Below, in pieces: positions 17,665 through 26,804 of a DNA stretch of 32,000 nt (position 1 is the stretch's first letter; the number at the start of each line of letters is the position of its first letter). The notes below the pieces were generated by a model. The model ran no database searches. It was not told the DNA's origin and was given only the letters and a program-made list of their open reading frames with translations. The DNA lies in NCBI RefSeq assembly GCF_002287175.1, contig NZ_LMVM01000023.1, forward strand, positions 149,921 to 181,920, read 5' to 3'. The position numbers and the translations under genes are program-made. Source of the stretch: Methanobacterium bryantii. GTDB taxonomy: Archaea > Methanobacteriota > Methanobacteria > Methanobacteriales > Methanobacteriaceae.

Positions 17665-20454
17665 TCAAGTTTTATCTTTATACTCTTTAATACCTTTATA
17701 TATCTCTGATTTTACATTGTCATATGCATTAACGACACCGGGGCCTATATGAATTATTGTATCTCCCTCTTTTGCAATTTCCAATGCTGTAGATATTGAA
17801 TCGGCAATATTAATTGTTTGGTATGTTTCTATACCATCAGCTCCATCCACTACTGTCTCCGCTGCTTCAGGATCTATTACTTCCGTAGTTTCATTTTTTG
17901 CGCTTGCAATAACCACATCAGCATACTTTCCAAGCACAGTACCCATTTTAAATTTATCACGAACTGTAAGTGTATCCGGATTATCTACTGATATTATAAG
18001 CTTTCCTTCAAGAGTTAAACCATCTAAAAGACGTTCTACAGCTTCAGGATTGTGGGCTGCATCCATGAATATGTTTACACCGCTAATTAAGTCAATTTTC
18101 TCAAATCTTCCAGCTACTCCTGAAAAGCTTTCCATTTTATCTTTAATATAGTCTAAATCAAAATCTAAAACCATATCTACAATAAAAGCAGCCATTGCAT
18201 TTTCTATATTGCATGCACCTGGTGATTTAAGATTTATTCTCATATTACATGGATCTCTATACTTCCTTTCAAAGTTACCACAGTTACAGTATACTTTACC
18301 ACAGTTTTTACAAACCACTGTGGGAATAGTTCCAGTTTTAATGGTAAATTCGGAACCATAAAGGCCTTTAAGCTCAACATCTTCTGCTAATATATCAAAG
18401 TCTATATTATTTTTATGATGATAAGTTTTACCTTCACATACAACTGTCCGGGGTTCATTAAAACCATAATATATGACTTCTTTATCAAATTTAGGGGCCA
18501 ATATACTTATGATTGGATCATCACCATTTGCAATTAAAATCCCGTTTTTATGGAGTAAATCTTTTATAGCCACATTTCTCTCCACGTATTCTTCATATGT
18601 ATTAAATTCATCCATATGATCTGGAGTAAGATTAGTTAAAACCCCTGCACAAATTTCAAGCCCGTCTAACATCCTTATAGTACCATGAGGAAGTTCAAAA
18701 ACTGCGAAATCTTTATTTCCAGTTCCGTTTTCGACTATAAAGTCAACTAAACCTTCAATAACAAGCGAGTTCTGCAGGGATGAGAAAAGTAATGTTTCAT
18801 ATCTATCAGATAATGTATAATTTGTCATGTTGGTGGTTGTGGTTTTACCATCTGTTCCTGCAATACCAATCATAGGGATCTTTATAATAGAATTTATCAT
18901 CTTTCCAATGTCCCTTGTACCAATTTCCATGATCTCGTAGTTCTCTTCACACTCATTAATAAATTGTCGAATTTCAGAATTTTTAGGGACATTTGGAGAA
19001 ACAAAAACAACATCCGCCCACATTGCATGTTCATTTACATGCGATCCAAGTTCTACAGCTATTCCTTTTTCTTTAAGCTCTTCAATTCTCCTTCTGGCTT
19101 TTTTTGGCAGCTGTTCAAATTCCTTAATATCCGAAATAATAACCTCATTGCCAAGGTAGTTTAAAAGATGTGCTGCAGGCCTTCCCGCGTTTCCTGCGCC
19201 TATTATCAGTACTTTTTTGCCCCTAATCACTGTATCATCCTTTGTTAATCTCCGTAGTGTTTCCTGTATTTCTATAAGTTTAGTTTGGCCATTTCCACCT
19301 ATAAATATATTTTTACATTTGTCACTGCACTCCACTGCAAAGTTAACAACGTCGGCTGTATCTTTCATTATTTTAACAGTCCCATTATAACCTTCATTTT
19401 TTAACTTTTCCAATGCAATATCAGTTGTATTGTCTAGTCCTGGAAATAAAACTATAGTTTCTGGATTAACTTTGACTACTTCCTTTAAAATTTCATATCT
19501 ACATGTTTCATTCTTTCGGGGCGTACCAATTATAACAACGTCAAATTTTAACTCATTAAGCACTGCTGCAGTTGCATCAACATTATCTGTTTTTCCAACC
19601 ACAAAATTACATCCAGATAAATTCAGAGTTTCTGATCTTCCATTAACGCCTTTAAATTCACTTAATGTATCATCAATATCGCTTTGTGGAATCTCTAAAA
19701 ATTGTGCAACTTTTTCTGCGGCAGCAGCATTTTGAAGGTTAAATTTACCGAACATTTTAAGATCTCTGTATCCATTTCCAAAAAAGAACGTTTCACTAGG
19801 ATAGTCTTTAATTCCAGATAAAAATTCATCTTGTCCATTTAATATAGCCGTTTTCCCTTTTAAGAATCTGCCTAACGAGTTTCTATAATTCTCAAGAGAA
19901 TTATGGAAATCCATGTGATCATGCCCTATGTTTGTTACAACTATCAGGTCAAAATCAAAGGCATAAGAACAAAAATCAAGAGTCATATCACAAACTTCAA
20001 CTATTAAAATGTCACATTTTTGTTTAGAAGTTTCCAGTATGAGTTTTGTGTATCCTCCAAATCCGCCACCAGCATTTCCACCTAGGAGTACATTAAAACC
20101 TGCTTTTTCAAGTATTTCCTTAATCATAAAGCAAGTAGTTGTTTTGCCATTGGTTCCTGTTACTCCTATTGTGAAAATAGATTTATGATCCGCCAGAATG
20201 TCTGATAAAGACTTCTTACGAGATCTTATTTTTTCGCCGATCTTACTACTCCACAAGCTTGGACTTAAAACTACTGCATCTGCAGAATTTATTTTATCAA
20301 AATCATGATATCCAAGATCAAGATCTATAGCAGAATTATGTTTTAATTCCACATTTTTTTGCATATCAGAAGCATAAACTTTATATCCATAATTAATAAG
20401 GGATTTTACAGCATTTTTACCTTCTGTTCCCAATCCGACCACTGCAACTTTCAT
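17665..20454 (-). CDS. Tandem fusion of two complete Mur-ligase modules (929 aa)
   Basis: Module 1 has MKVAVVGLGTEG, GVTGTNGKTTT (about 20134-20166), VTNIGHDHMD, GKFNLQNAAAA and FKGVNGRSE. Module 2 starts near aa 415 with KVLIIGAGNAGRPAA, then GIAGTDGKTTTT (about 18832-18867), LTNLTPDHMD, CKNCGKVYCNCG, CNIENAMAA, GRFEKI and DAAHNPEA. Confidence 0.85.
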   Translation of the reverse strand: MKVAVVGLGTEGKNAVKSLINYGYKVYASDMQKNVELKHNSAIDLDLGYHDFDKINSADAVVLSPSLWSSKIGEKIRSRKKSLSDILADHKSIFTIGVTGTNGKTTTCFMIKEILEKAGFNVLLGGNAGGGFGGYTKLILETSKQKCDILIVEVCDMTLDFCSYAFDFDLIVVTNIGHDHMDFHNSLENYRNSLGRFLKGKTAILNGQDEFLSGIKDYPSETFFFGNGYRDLKMFGKFNLQNAAAAEKVAQFLEIPQSDIDDTLSEFKGVNGRSETLNLSGCNFVVGKTDNVDATAAVLNELKFDVVIIGTPRKNETCRYEILKEVVKVNPETIVLFPGLDNTTDIALEKLKNEGYNGTVKIMKDTADVVNFAVECSDKCKNIFIGGNGQTKLIEIQETLRRLTKDDTVIRGKKVLIIGAGNAGRPAAHLLNYLGNEVIISDIKEFEQLPKKARRRIEELKEKGIAVELGSHVNEHAMWADVVFVSPNVPKNSEIRQFINECEENYEIMEIGTRDIGKMINSIIKIPMIGIAGTDGKTTTTNMTNYTLSDRYETLLFSSLQNSLVIEGLVDFIVENGTGNKDFAVFELPHGTIRMLDGLEICAGVLTNLTPDHMDEFNTYEEYVERNVAIKDLLHKNGILIANGDDPIISILAPKFDKEVIYYGFNEPRTVVCEGKTYHHKNNIDFDILAEDVELKGLYGSEFTIKTGTIPTVVCKNCGKVYCNCGNFERKYRDPCNMRINLKSPGACNIENAMAAFIVDMVLDFDLDYIKDKMESFSGVAGRFEKIDLISGVNIFMDAAHNPEAVERLLDGLTLEGKLIISVDNPDTLTVRDKFKMGTVLGKYADVVIASAKNETTEVIDPEAAETVVDGADGIETYQTINIADSISTALEIAKEGDTIIHIGPGVVNAYDNVKSEIYKGIKEYKDKT

Positions 20455-21155
20455 ATTACCTACCGATATTTATAATCCTAAAGGTTATTATGACTATCTA
20501 AAAATGGCTTCTAAAATAATTTAAATAATATAGATATTTAATTGTAACGCTTGAATTTCTCCGAGCTCTGTGAATCGAAAACAGCCGATCCCGTAAATTC
20601 ATAAATAAGTATCCATTCTTATTATTAAACCCTAATTTATCTATAGAAAGCCATAAGATCATTTTCAATATTAGTTACCTCAAACAGCCATATTTACTTT
20701 TTCGTATTAATTTTTTTGTTATTTGTAATAATAAATTTTTTGATAATTCTATTATTCAAGTAATTTGATCTATACAAACTAGAATAATCAATTTGTATTT
20801 ATTACAATCATATATAAATGATTTTTAATTAATATCATTTGATAAATATATCGTAAATATAAAATCAATGAAATGAAACTACTATCTCCTAACATAAATA
20901 ATTTCAAATAATTAAAGCATTTTATTTCGCTAAATACTCCCAGAATTCCTATTAAAATTCAATAAAAATAATAAATCAGCAATTATATAACAATGTATTA
21001 ACAATATATGAAATAAACTAACTTGTTTATTTAAAGTCATTACTTAATAAATATCCTTAAGCTTATCTGTTAATCCAAGGATTTTAATGATAAATAATTA
21101 TAACAAAAAAAATGATTTGATACAATCAACAACGAAAACATATCAAGGTGACATC

Positions 21156-22205
21156 ATGAAAAATCTATCCAAAGAAATAGTAGAACGCATTGAAAACATT
21201 TCAAGGCCAGTTAAAATAATGCACGTATGTGGCTCCCATGAACATACCATAATGCAGCATGGAATAAGATCATTGATTCCAAAAGAAGTAGAAATAGTAG
21301 CAGGTCCCGGGTGTCCTGTTTGTTGTGTACCTTCAATAGAAGTTGATGAATGCCTGTATCTTGCACGAAAAGGCGTTACCATTACAACATTTGGAGATAT
21401 GCTGAGGGTTCCTGGAACAACAGGGACACTTGCAGATGCAAAAGCTGAAGGTGCTGATGTAAGAATAGTTTATGGAATAAATAATGCGGTTGAAATTGCA
21501 GAAAAGATTGATAACGATGTCGTATTTATGGCAGCCGGTTTTGAAACTACTGCACCTACCACTGCAGCAGAAATAGTCGCGGGGCTTCCGAAAAACCTTT
21601 CAATTTTATCCTGTCACAGATTAATACCCCCAGCACTCAAATTTTTAATTGAATCAGGAGAAGTAAACTTAAATGCACTTATAGAGCCGGGACATGTTTC
21701 AACAATAATAGGAACAGAACCTTATGAAGAATTTTCCAAAAAATATGGCATTCCTCAAGTTGTAGCAGGATTTAATCCACTTGATGTCCTGATTGCAATT
21801 TATATGATATTAAAACAGATGGATGAGGGCAAAGCTGTAGTTCAAAATGAATACAAACGAGCTGTTAGAGAAGAAGGAAATATAAAAGCTCAAGAGCTTA
21901 TGGATGAAGTTTTCTATATTAAAGATAAAGAATGGAGAGGTTTCCCAGAAATTCCTGACTCTACATATGAAATAAAGGATGAATTTGCAGATTCCAACGC
22001 AAGGGAAAGATTCGATATCAAAGTAGAGCAGGGTGAAAAAGTCCCAACTGGTTGCATATGCGGCCCAATTCTGCGGGGAATTGCAAGACCAGAGCAGTGC
22101 AAGCTTTTCAGGAAAGAATGCAATCCTATGAACCCAATTGGCGCATGTATGGTCAGTAAAGAAGGAACATGCAACATAGCATTTAGATATGGATCAGGAT
22201 TATAA
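21156..22205 (+). CDS. hypD: [NiFe]-hydrogenase maturation protein HypD
   Basis: Contains MHVCGSHEHT, GPGCPVCV, FMAAGFETTAP, GHVSTI and a C-terminal CxC...C region. The track ORF opens at 21087, but the ATG at 21156 (MKNLSKE) is preceded by AGGTGA and fits the usual HypD N-terminus. Confidence 0.9.
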   Translation: MKNLSKEIVERIENISRPVKIMHVCGSHEHTIMQHGIRSLIPKEVEIVAGPGCPVCCVPSIEVDECLYLARKGVTITTFGDMLRVPGTTGTLADAKAEGADVRIVYGINNAVEIAEKIDNDVVFMAAGFETTAPTTAAEIVAGLPKNLSILSCHRLIPPALKFLIESGEVNLNALIEPGHVSTIIGTEPYEEFSKKYGIPQVVAGFNPLDVLIAIYMILKQMDEGKAVVQNEYKRAVREEGNIKAQELMDEVFYIKDKEWRGFPEIPDSTYEIKDEFADSNARERFDIKVEQGEKVPTGCICGPILRGIARPEQCKLFRKECNPMNPIGACMVSKEGTCNIAFRYGSGL

Positions 22206-22283
22206 TCGAAATCTCTAATTGTAATTCGAGCCTAATTTTCAGGCTCCAATCCAGTATTTTTAAATAATTGGAGTAATGTTCTA

Positions 22284-22952
22284 ATGAAAGCAGTTGCTGT
22301 AGACATAGATGGTACGATTACTGATAAAAATCGGAAAATATGTGTAAATGCAATAAATGCACTGCGAAAAGCAGAAGATGCAGGTTATCCGGTTATATTA
22401 GTGACTGGAAATGTACTCTGCACAGCGAAAATGGTATCCACAATGTTAGGTACATCTGGCGGAATAGTCTGTGAAAATGGCGGAGTTGTATATACCACAA
22501 AAAGAAATTTAATTCTTGGCGATGTTAAAAAATGCAGCCCTGCCTATGAATTATTAAAATCACAATATGATGTGGAAAAAACAGAATTTTCAGATCTTCG
22601 GTTATCGGAAATTGCGATAAAACGCACTATTGATGTAAATACTGTAAAAAAGACTGTAAAAAATTTTGATGTTGTGGTATACGACACTAAATTTGCAATA
22701 CACATTACAGACCCTTTAGTTAATAAGGGAAAATCACTTAAAATTGTTGCAGAAGATATGAGCATAACAACTGATGAAATACTTGCAATAGGCGACAGTG
22801 AAAACGATCTTGAGTTCCTGGAGGTTGCAGGGTTCAAAGTTGCTGTTTCAAATGCAGATGATGAGCTTAAAGAAAATACTGATTATGTAACAAAAAAGGC
22901 CTACGGTGATGGGGCTGCAGAAGCAATTGAAAAATTTATTTTAAATAAATAG
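22284..22952 (+). CDS. HAD-IIB phosphatase (archaeal phosphoglycolate phosphatase-like)
   Basis: Contains AVDIDGTITD (the DxDGT nucleophile motif), VTGN, NKGKSL and GDSENDLEF. Confidence 0.8.
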   Translation: MKAVAVDIDGTITDKNRKICVNAINALRKAEDAGYPVILVTGNVLCTAKMVSTMLGTSGGIVCENGGVVYTTKRNLILGDVKKCSPAYELLKSQYDVEKTEFSDLRLSEIAIKRTIDVNTVKKTVKNFDVVVYDTKFAIHITDPLVNKGKSLKIVAEDMSITTDEILAIGDSENDLEFLEVAGFKVAVSNADDELKENTDYVTKKAYGDGAAEAIEKFILNK

Positions 22953-22991
22953 CATTATTAAGATGTTAAATAACATAACAGGAGATCTTAT

Positions 22992-24293
22992 ATGATAAAT
23001 ACTGCAGAACGCGCGTTAAATCTTGCTTTAAAAGATTCTGATTATGCAGAAGTGTATATAGAAAGAGAAAAAAGTATTGATGTAGACATCCAGAGAAATG
23101 AAATTAGTTTTGCAAAAGAAGAAATTACCTACGGATTAAGTGTAAGAGTAATTTTAAGAGGAAAAATGGGATTTTCTTATACAACTAATATTGATAAAAT
23201 TGATGAAACCGCGAAGAATGCAATATTCAACGCGAAATCTAATATTGAAGATGAATATTTTGATTTTGCCCATGAATCCAAATACAGCCAAGTTAAAGGT
23301 ACTTATGATAAAAAAAATGAAGCAATGGATATCGAAAGTTCCATAGATTTTGCAAAAACTATGATAGACACCGTTGAAGAAGAAAAATGTGGACCAACCT
23401 CAGGAGGATTTTCTGCAGGAAAAACAGAGAGCGTAATCTTAAATTCGAATGGTGTAAACCGTGAAGAAATAGGAACATCATTTTCAGGGTTTATAGCAGT
23501 AAATGCTGAAAAAGATGGAGAAATATCAACAGCATACGAAGGGGACTCGTCAAGGCTCTTTGATATTAACCCTGAATGGATTGCAGATAATGCATGCGAT
23601 ATTGCAAAAAATTCTTTAAACGGCAAACCTGTAGAAACAAAAGATATGGACGTAATATTAGATTACCGTGCATCTGCAGGTCTTCTTGGAACATTTGTGG
23701 GTGCTTTTAATGCAGATAATGTTCAAAGAGGCAGGTCTGTTTTTGCAGATAAAATAGGAAATGAAGTTGTTTCGCCTTCATTAAGCATTTATGATGACGG
23801 TACACTTGAAGGAGGACTTGCTTCATCAATAAGTGATGGAGAAGGAACCCCTACTCAAAAAACTGCCGTAATTCAGGACGGAATCCTAAAAAGTTTCATT
23901 TATGACATATATACATCTAAAAAAGGAAATACAGAAAGTACGGGTAACGGTATGAGGTCTTCCTTTGCAGATATGCCTTCAGTGGGCTTAAGTAATTTTG
24001 TTCTTGAATTTAAAGATACCCTTGAAATAGAAGATATTAAAGAAGGAATACTTGTTACAGATGTTTTAGGTGCACATACAGCCAACCCAATTTCAGGAGA
24101 CTTTTCAGTTGAGGCCAACAATGCATTTAAAATAGAAAATGGAGAAATTAGTTACCCTGTTAAAAAAGCCATGTTATCTGGAAACATATTTGACGTTATG
24201 AAAAATGCAGCAAGTGGTTCTAAAGAAATCAGACAACGAGGACCTTTCGTTATTCCACGTATTTTAGCTCCGAATTTAAGAGTAGTAGGCTAA
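22992..24293 (+). CDS. TldD/PmbA family metallopeptidase-like protein
   Basis: The length (433 aa) and several blocks fit PmbA/TldD: SVRVILRGKMGFSYT, DDGTLEGGLASSISDGEGTPTQKT, GNGMRSSF, VTDVLGAHTANPISGDFSVEA and ISYPVK. Confidence 0.8.
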   Translation: MINTAERALNLALKDSDYAEVYIEREKSIDVDIQRNEISFAKEEITYGLSVRVILRGKMGFSYTTNIDKIDETAKNAIFNAKSNIEDEYFDFAHESKYSQVKGTYDKKNEAMDIESSIDFAKTMIDTVEEEKCGPTSGGFSAGKTESVILNSNGVNREEIGTSFSGFIAVNAEKDGEISTAYEGDSSRLFDINPEWIADNACDIAKNSLNGKPVETKDMDVILDYRASAGLLGTFVGAFNADNVQRGRSVFADKIGNEVVSPSLSIYDDGTLEGGLASSISDGEGTPTQKTAVIQDGILKSFIYDIYTSKKGNTESTGNGMRSSFADMPSVGLSNFVLEFKDTLEIEDIKEGILVTDVLGAHTANPISGDFSVEANNAFKIENGEISYPVKKAMLSGNIFDVMKNAASGSKEIRQRGPFVIPRILAPNLRVVG

Positions 24294-24404
24294 GTAATTT
24301 TAGTTTAGTTAAAGAGATTTGGAAATTAACCAAATCTATCTTTAGTTTTAAAATAAAAGAAAAATTCATTTAGAGATACTTGTTTTAATTCAAATATTTT
24401 AGAA

Positions 24405-24770
24405 TCACAATGGCATGTAACGTTCATTGAGTATCTTACTTTTAACATGCGATGCTTCTTCTTTAACTACAGGTATTTCATCATCATTAAGATACAGATT
24501 TAATTTAATCATGCCTTGAGGTTTTACAGGACCCACTACAATATCTGATCTTCTATCTACTCCTGTAAACCTCAAATGGGTTGCTTCATTTTCATTTACA
24601 ATCTTACCTTTCTCATTTTCATATTCAACATCATGACCCACATATGTTGAAGGAATACACACCTCTGAGGCAGGTATATCACTAGGCACAGCCACATCTT
24701 CCGGTATGGGTATTAACTCAATTCTGGGCAATTTTTTCCATCCTTCTCCACGCAAAGTTATCACCTCCAT
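24405..24770 (-). CDS. Hypothetical protein (121 aa)
   Basis: A clean ORF with an ATG start, preceded by an A/T-rich spacer. No family was recognised. Confidence 0.45.
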   Translation of the reverse strand: MEVITLRGEGWKKLPRIELIPIPEDVAVPSDIPASEVCIPSTYVGHDVEYENEKGKIVNENEATHLRFTGVDRRSDIVVGPVKPQGMIKLNLYLNDDEIPVVKEEASHVKSKILNERYMPL

Positions 24771-24902
24771 ATATCGCCAAAACTACCTTTTATTTAATTT
24801 ATGGATCAATTCATCCTTATTTTTAACTTCAAATGTGTACGTACGTCCATAAAATGGTTCAGCGAATTTTTTTAGACTCTTCAGATACTTTCATTACATG
24901 TT

Positions 24903-25073
24903 TCAAGGGAAATTTTTCCTAGTGCCTTCAGGGTATACGGTATTGTTTTCAAACCATTTTGCATCTTCTTCATTTTTAAATTCAACTATTATGGCTATTT
25001 TCTGGTCGATTAGTTTACATTCACCGCAGTTATCATGAAAGGCACTTTTTATTTCCTCAAACTGTTCTGCCAT
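24903..25073 (-). CDS. Possible small Cys-containing ORF (56 aa), or the remnant of a longer gene
   Basis: Hand translation gives MAEQFEEIKSAFHDNCGECKLIDQKIAIIVEFKNEEDAKWFENNTVYPEGTRKNFP*. After the stop cluster TGA-AAC-ATG-TAA-TGA, the same frame stays open for 33 more codons, down to 24783. Confidence 0.3.
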   Translation of the reverse strand: MAEQFEEIKSAFHDNCGECKLIDQKIAIIVEFKNEEDAKWFENNTVYPEGTRKNFP

Positions 25074-25153
25074 AATGATCTTTTATTATTATATATGACC
25101 TTATTAATACTTTTGAGTCAAACATATACTATCTAAAGCATAAAATAAGATCA

Positions 25154-26176
25154 ATGAACCGTGCTATAGAAAAGGAACTCTCAACTTATTTTGAAATTAT
25201 GCTCAATCAAAGAGCATCAAGAGTCAAAGTAGCTTCAACGATAGAAGCAAAAGAAAATGAGAATATTGATACTCTTTGGAGAGAACATGAACATATTCAA
25301 AACGAATTTAAAAACATATTCAATACAGTATCCTTTAATAGCCTGGAAAAGCCTGATTTTTCTTATCTTGATCTAAAAATAAAGATTGGAGAAAAAATAT
25401 TTGAAAGCTGTTATTTTTGTGAGATGAAGTGCCATATTAACCGAAATATAGAAAAAGGATTTTGCAACGTGAAAAATCCAAAAATCGCATCTGAATTCAT
25501 GCACATGGGTGAAGAAACTCCACTTATACCAAGCCACACTATTTTTTTTACAGGCTGTAATTTTGAATGTATTTACTGTCAAAATTTTGATATAAGTCAA
25601 TTTCCAGAAGCAGGAATAAAAATAAGTGAAATGCACCTGGCAAAAATAATTGACAAAAGAAGAAAAGAAGGTTCAAGGAATGTAAACTTCGTTGGAGGAG
25701 ATCCAACTCCAAATTTATATTACATTTTAAAGACAATGAAGCAGTGTAATGAAAACATTCCCGTAATCTGGAACAGCAATTTTTACATGAGCGAAGATGC
25801 TATGAAACTTCTTGATGGTTTTGTTGACTTATTTTTAAGTGATTTTAAATATGGACCAGAGGAGTGTGCAGAAAAGCTTTCTAAAATTTCAAATTACTGG
25901 AATACTATAACAAGGAATCATAAAATGGCGAAAAAGTCTGGAGATATGATCATAAGACATCTTGTACTTCCGGGCCATGTTGAATGTTGTTCAAAACCTA
26001 TTTTAAAATGGATAAGTGAGAATTTAGGAAAAGAAACCGTTATTAACATTATGGGCCAGTATCACCCAGTTTATAGGGCTTGCGAATCTGAAAAAATTAC
26101 GAGATATCCAAGCCGCCGAGAACTTGAAGAAGTGGTTAATTATGCAAAAAACTTAGGTTTTATAAATTTAATTTAA
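25154..26176 (+). CDS. Radical SAM protein, PflX-like (homologue of pyruvate formate-lyase activase)
   Basis: Contains FFTGCNFECIYCQN (CxxxCxxC), an upstream Cys cluster CYFCEMKCHINRNIEKGFC, and NFVGGDPTP. Confidence 0.85.
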   Translation: MNRAIEKELSTYFEIMLNQRASRVKVASTIEAKENENIDTLWREHEHIQNEFKNIFNTVSFNSLEKPDFSYLDLKIKIGEKIFESCYFCEMKCHINRNIEKGFCNVKNPKIASEFMHMGEETPLIPSHTIFFTGCNFECIYCQNFDISQFPEAGIKISEMHLAKIIDKRRKEGSRNVNFVGGDPTPNLYYILKTMKQCNENIPVIWNSNFYMSEDAMKLLDGFVDLFLSDFKYGPEECAEKLSKISNYWNTITRNHKMAKKSGDMIIRHLVLPGHVECCSKPILKWISENLGKETVINIMGQYHPVYRACESEKITRYPSRRELEEVVNYAKNLGFINLI

Positions 26177-26680
26177 ATATAGCCTTTTTATAACTTTTAA
26201 CTTTGTTTTAATGTCATAATATAGATTTATTTTATACTAAATCTAATTTAAGTATTTAGAGTTTAAAATTAGTCTAGTTACATTCATATTTATATTAAAA
26301 TTTTTAAAAAAACAACATAAACATTAATAATTAATTTATGTAAAAACTAGTTAATATCTATTTCTTTAAAACATATTAGTTATCTAATAACTATCCTTAA
26401 ATTTACAAACATAACTGAAGCTACTAAAATTCCCAAAAAATCATTTTAACACAAATAGAATACCTGCAAAGTTTATTTAGGAATTATAACAACACTAGCG
26501 GAATTATAAAAGTAATGAGTATGACCTCTTTTGTTATACAACATTTAAAATAAACTGATTTATCCAAAATACTAATTGAAAGAGTTCACCCCAAATATCT
26601 TATTTCAATAACCGCATAATGTGTCTTAAATACTAAAAAGAGCTTTAAGCGTACTTTTTTTGAGGATTAAAATCAAAATA

Positions 26681-26687
26681 TTTATAT
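26681..26687 (+). promoter_or_regulatory. Candidate TATA box for the first PMBR/transglutaminase-like gene
   Basis: TTTATAT follows an A-rich tract. It sits at the same offset (+210 from the start of the conserved segment) as TTTATAA at 29294-29300 in the second copy. Confidence 0.35.
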
Positions 26688-26804
26688 GATATGGAATATT
26701 AACTATTTTCTACCCATAGAAAAAAAACCTTAATTGAATTTTTACATGTTTGTGAAATATTTTTTATATTTTGCAACCAGAAAAATTAAAAAAATTTTCC
26801 ATGA

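Noticed and set aside
20551-20610. Possible degenerate member of the hairpin repeat family (GAATTTCT…CTGTGAATCG…AAATTCA)
   Set aside because: Only short imperfect complementarity (4-6 bp with mismatches) can be drawn. The resemblance to the 28750-28770 stem words could be chance.
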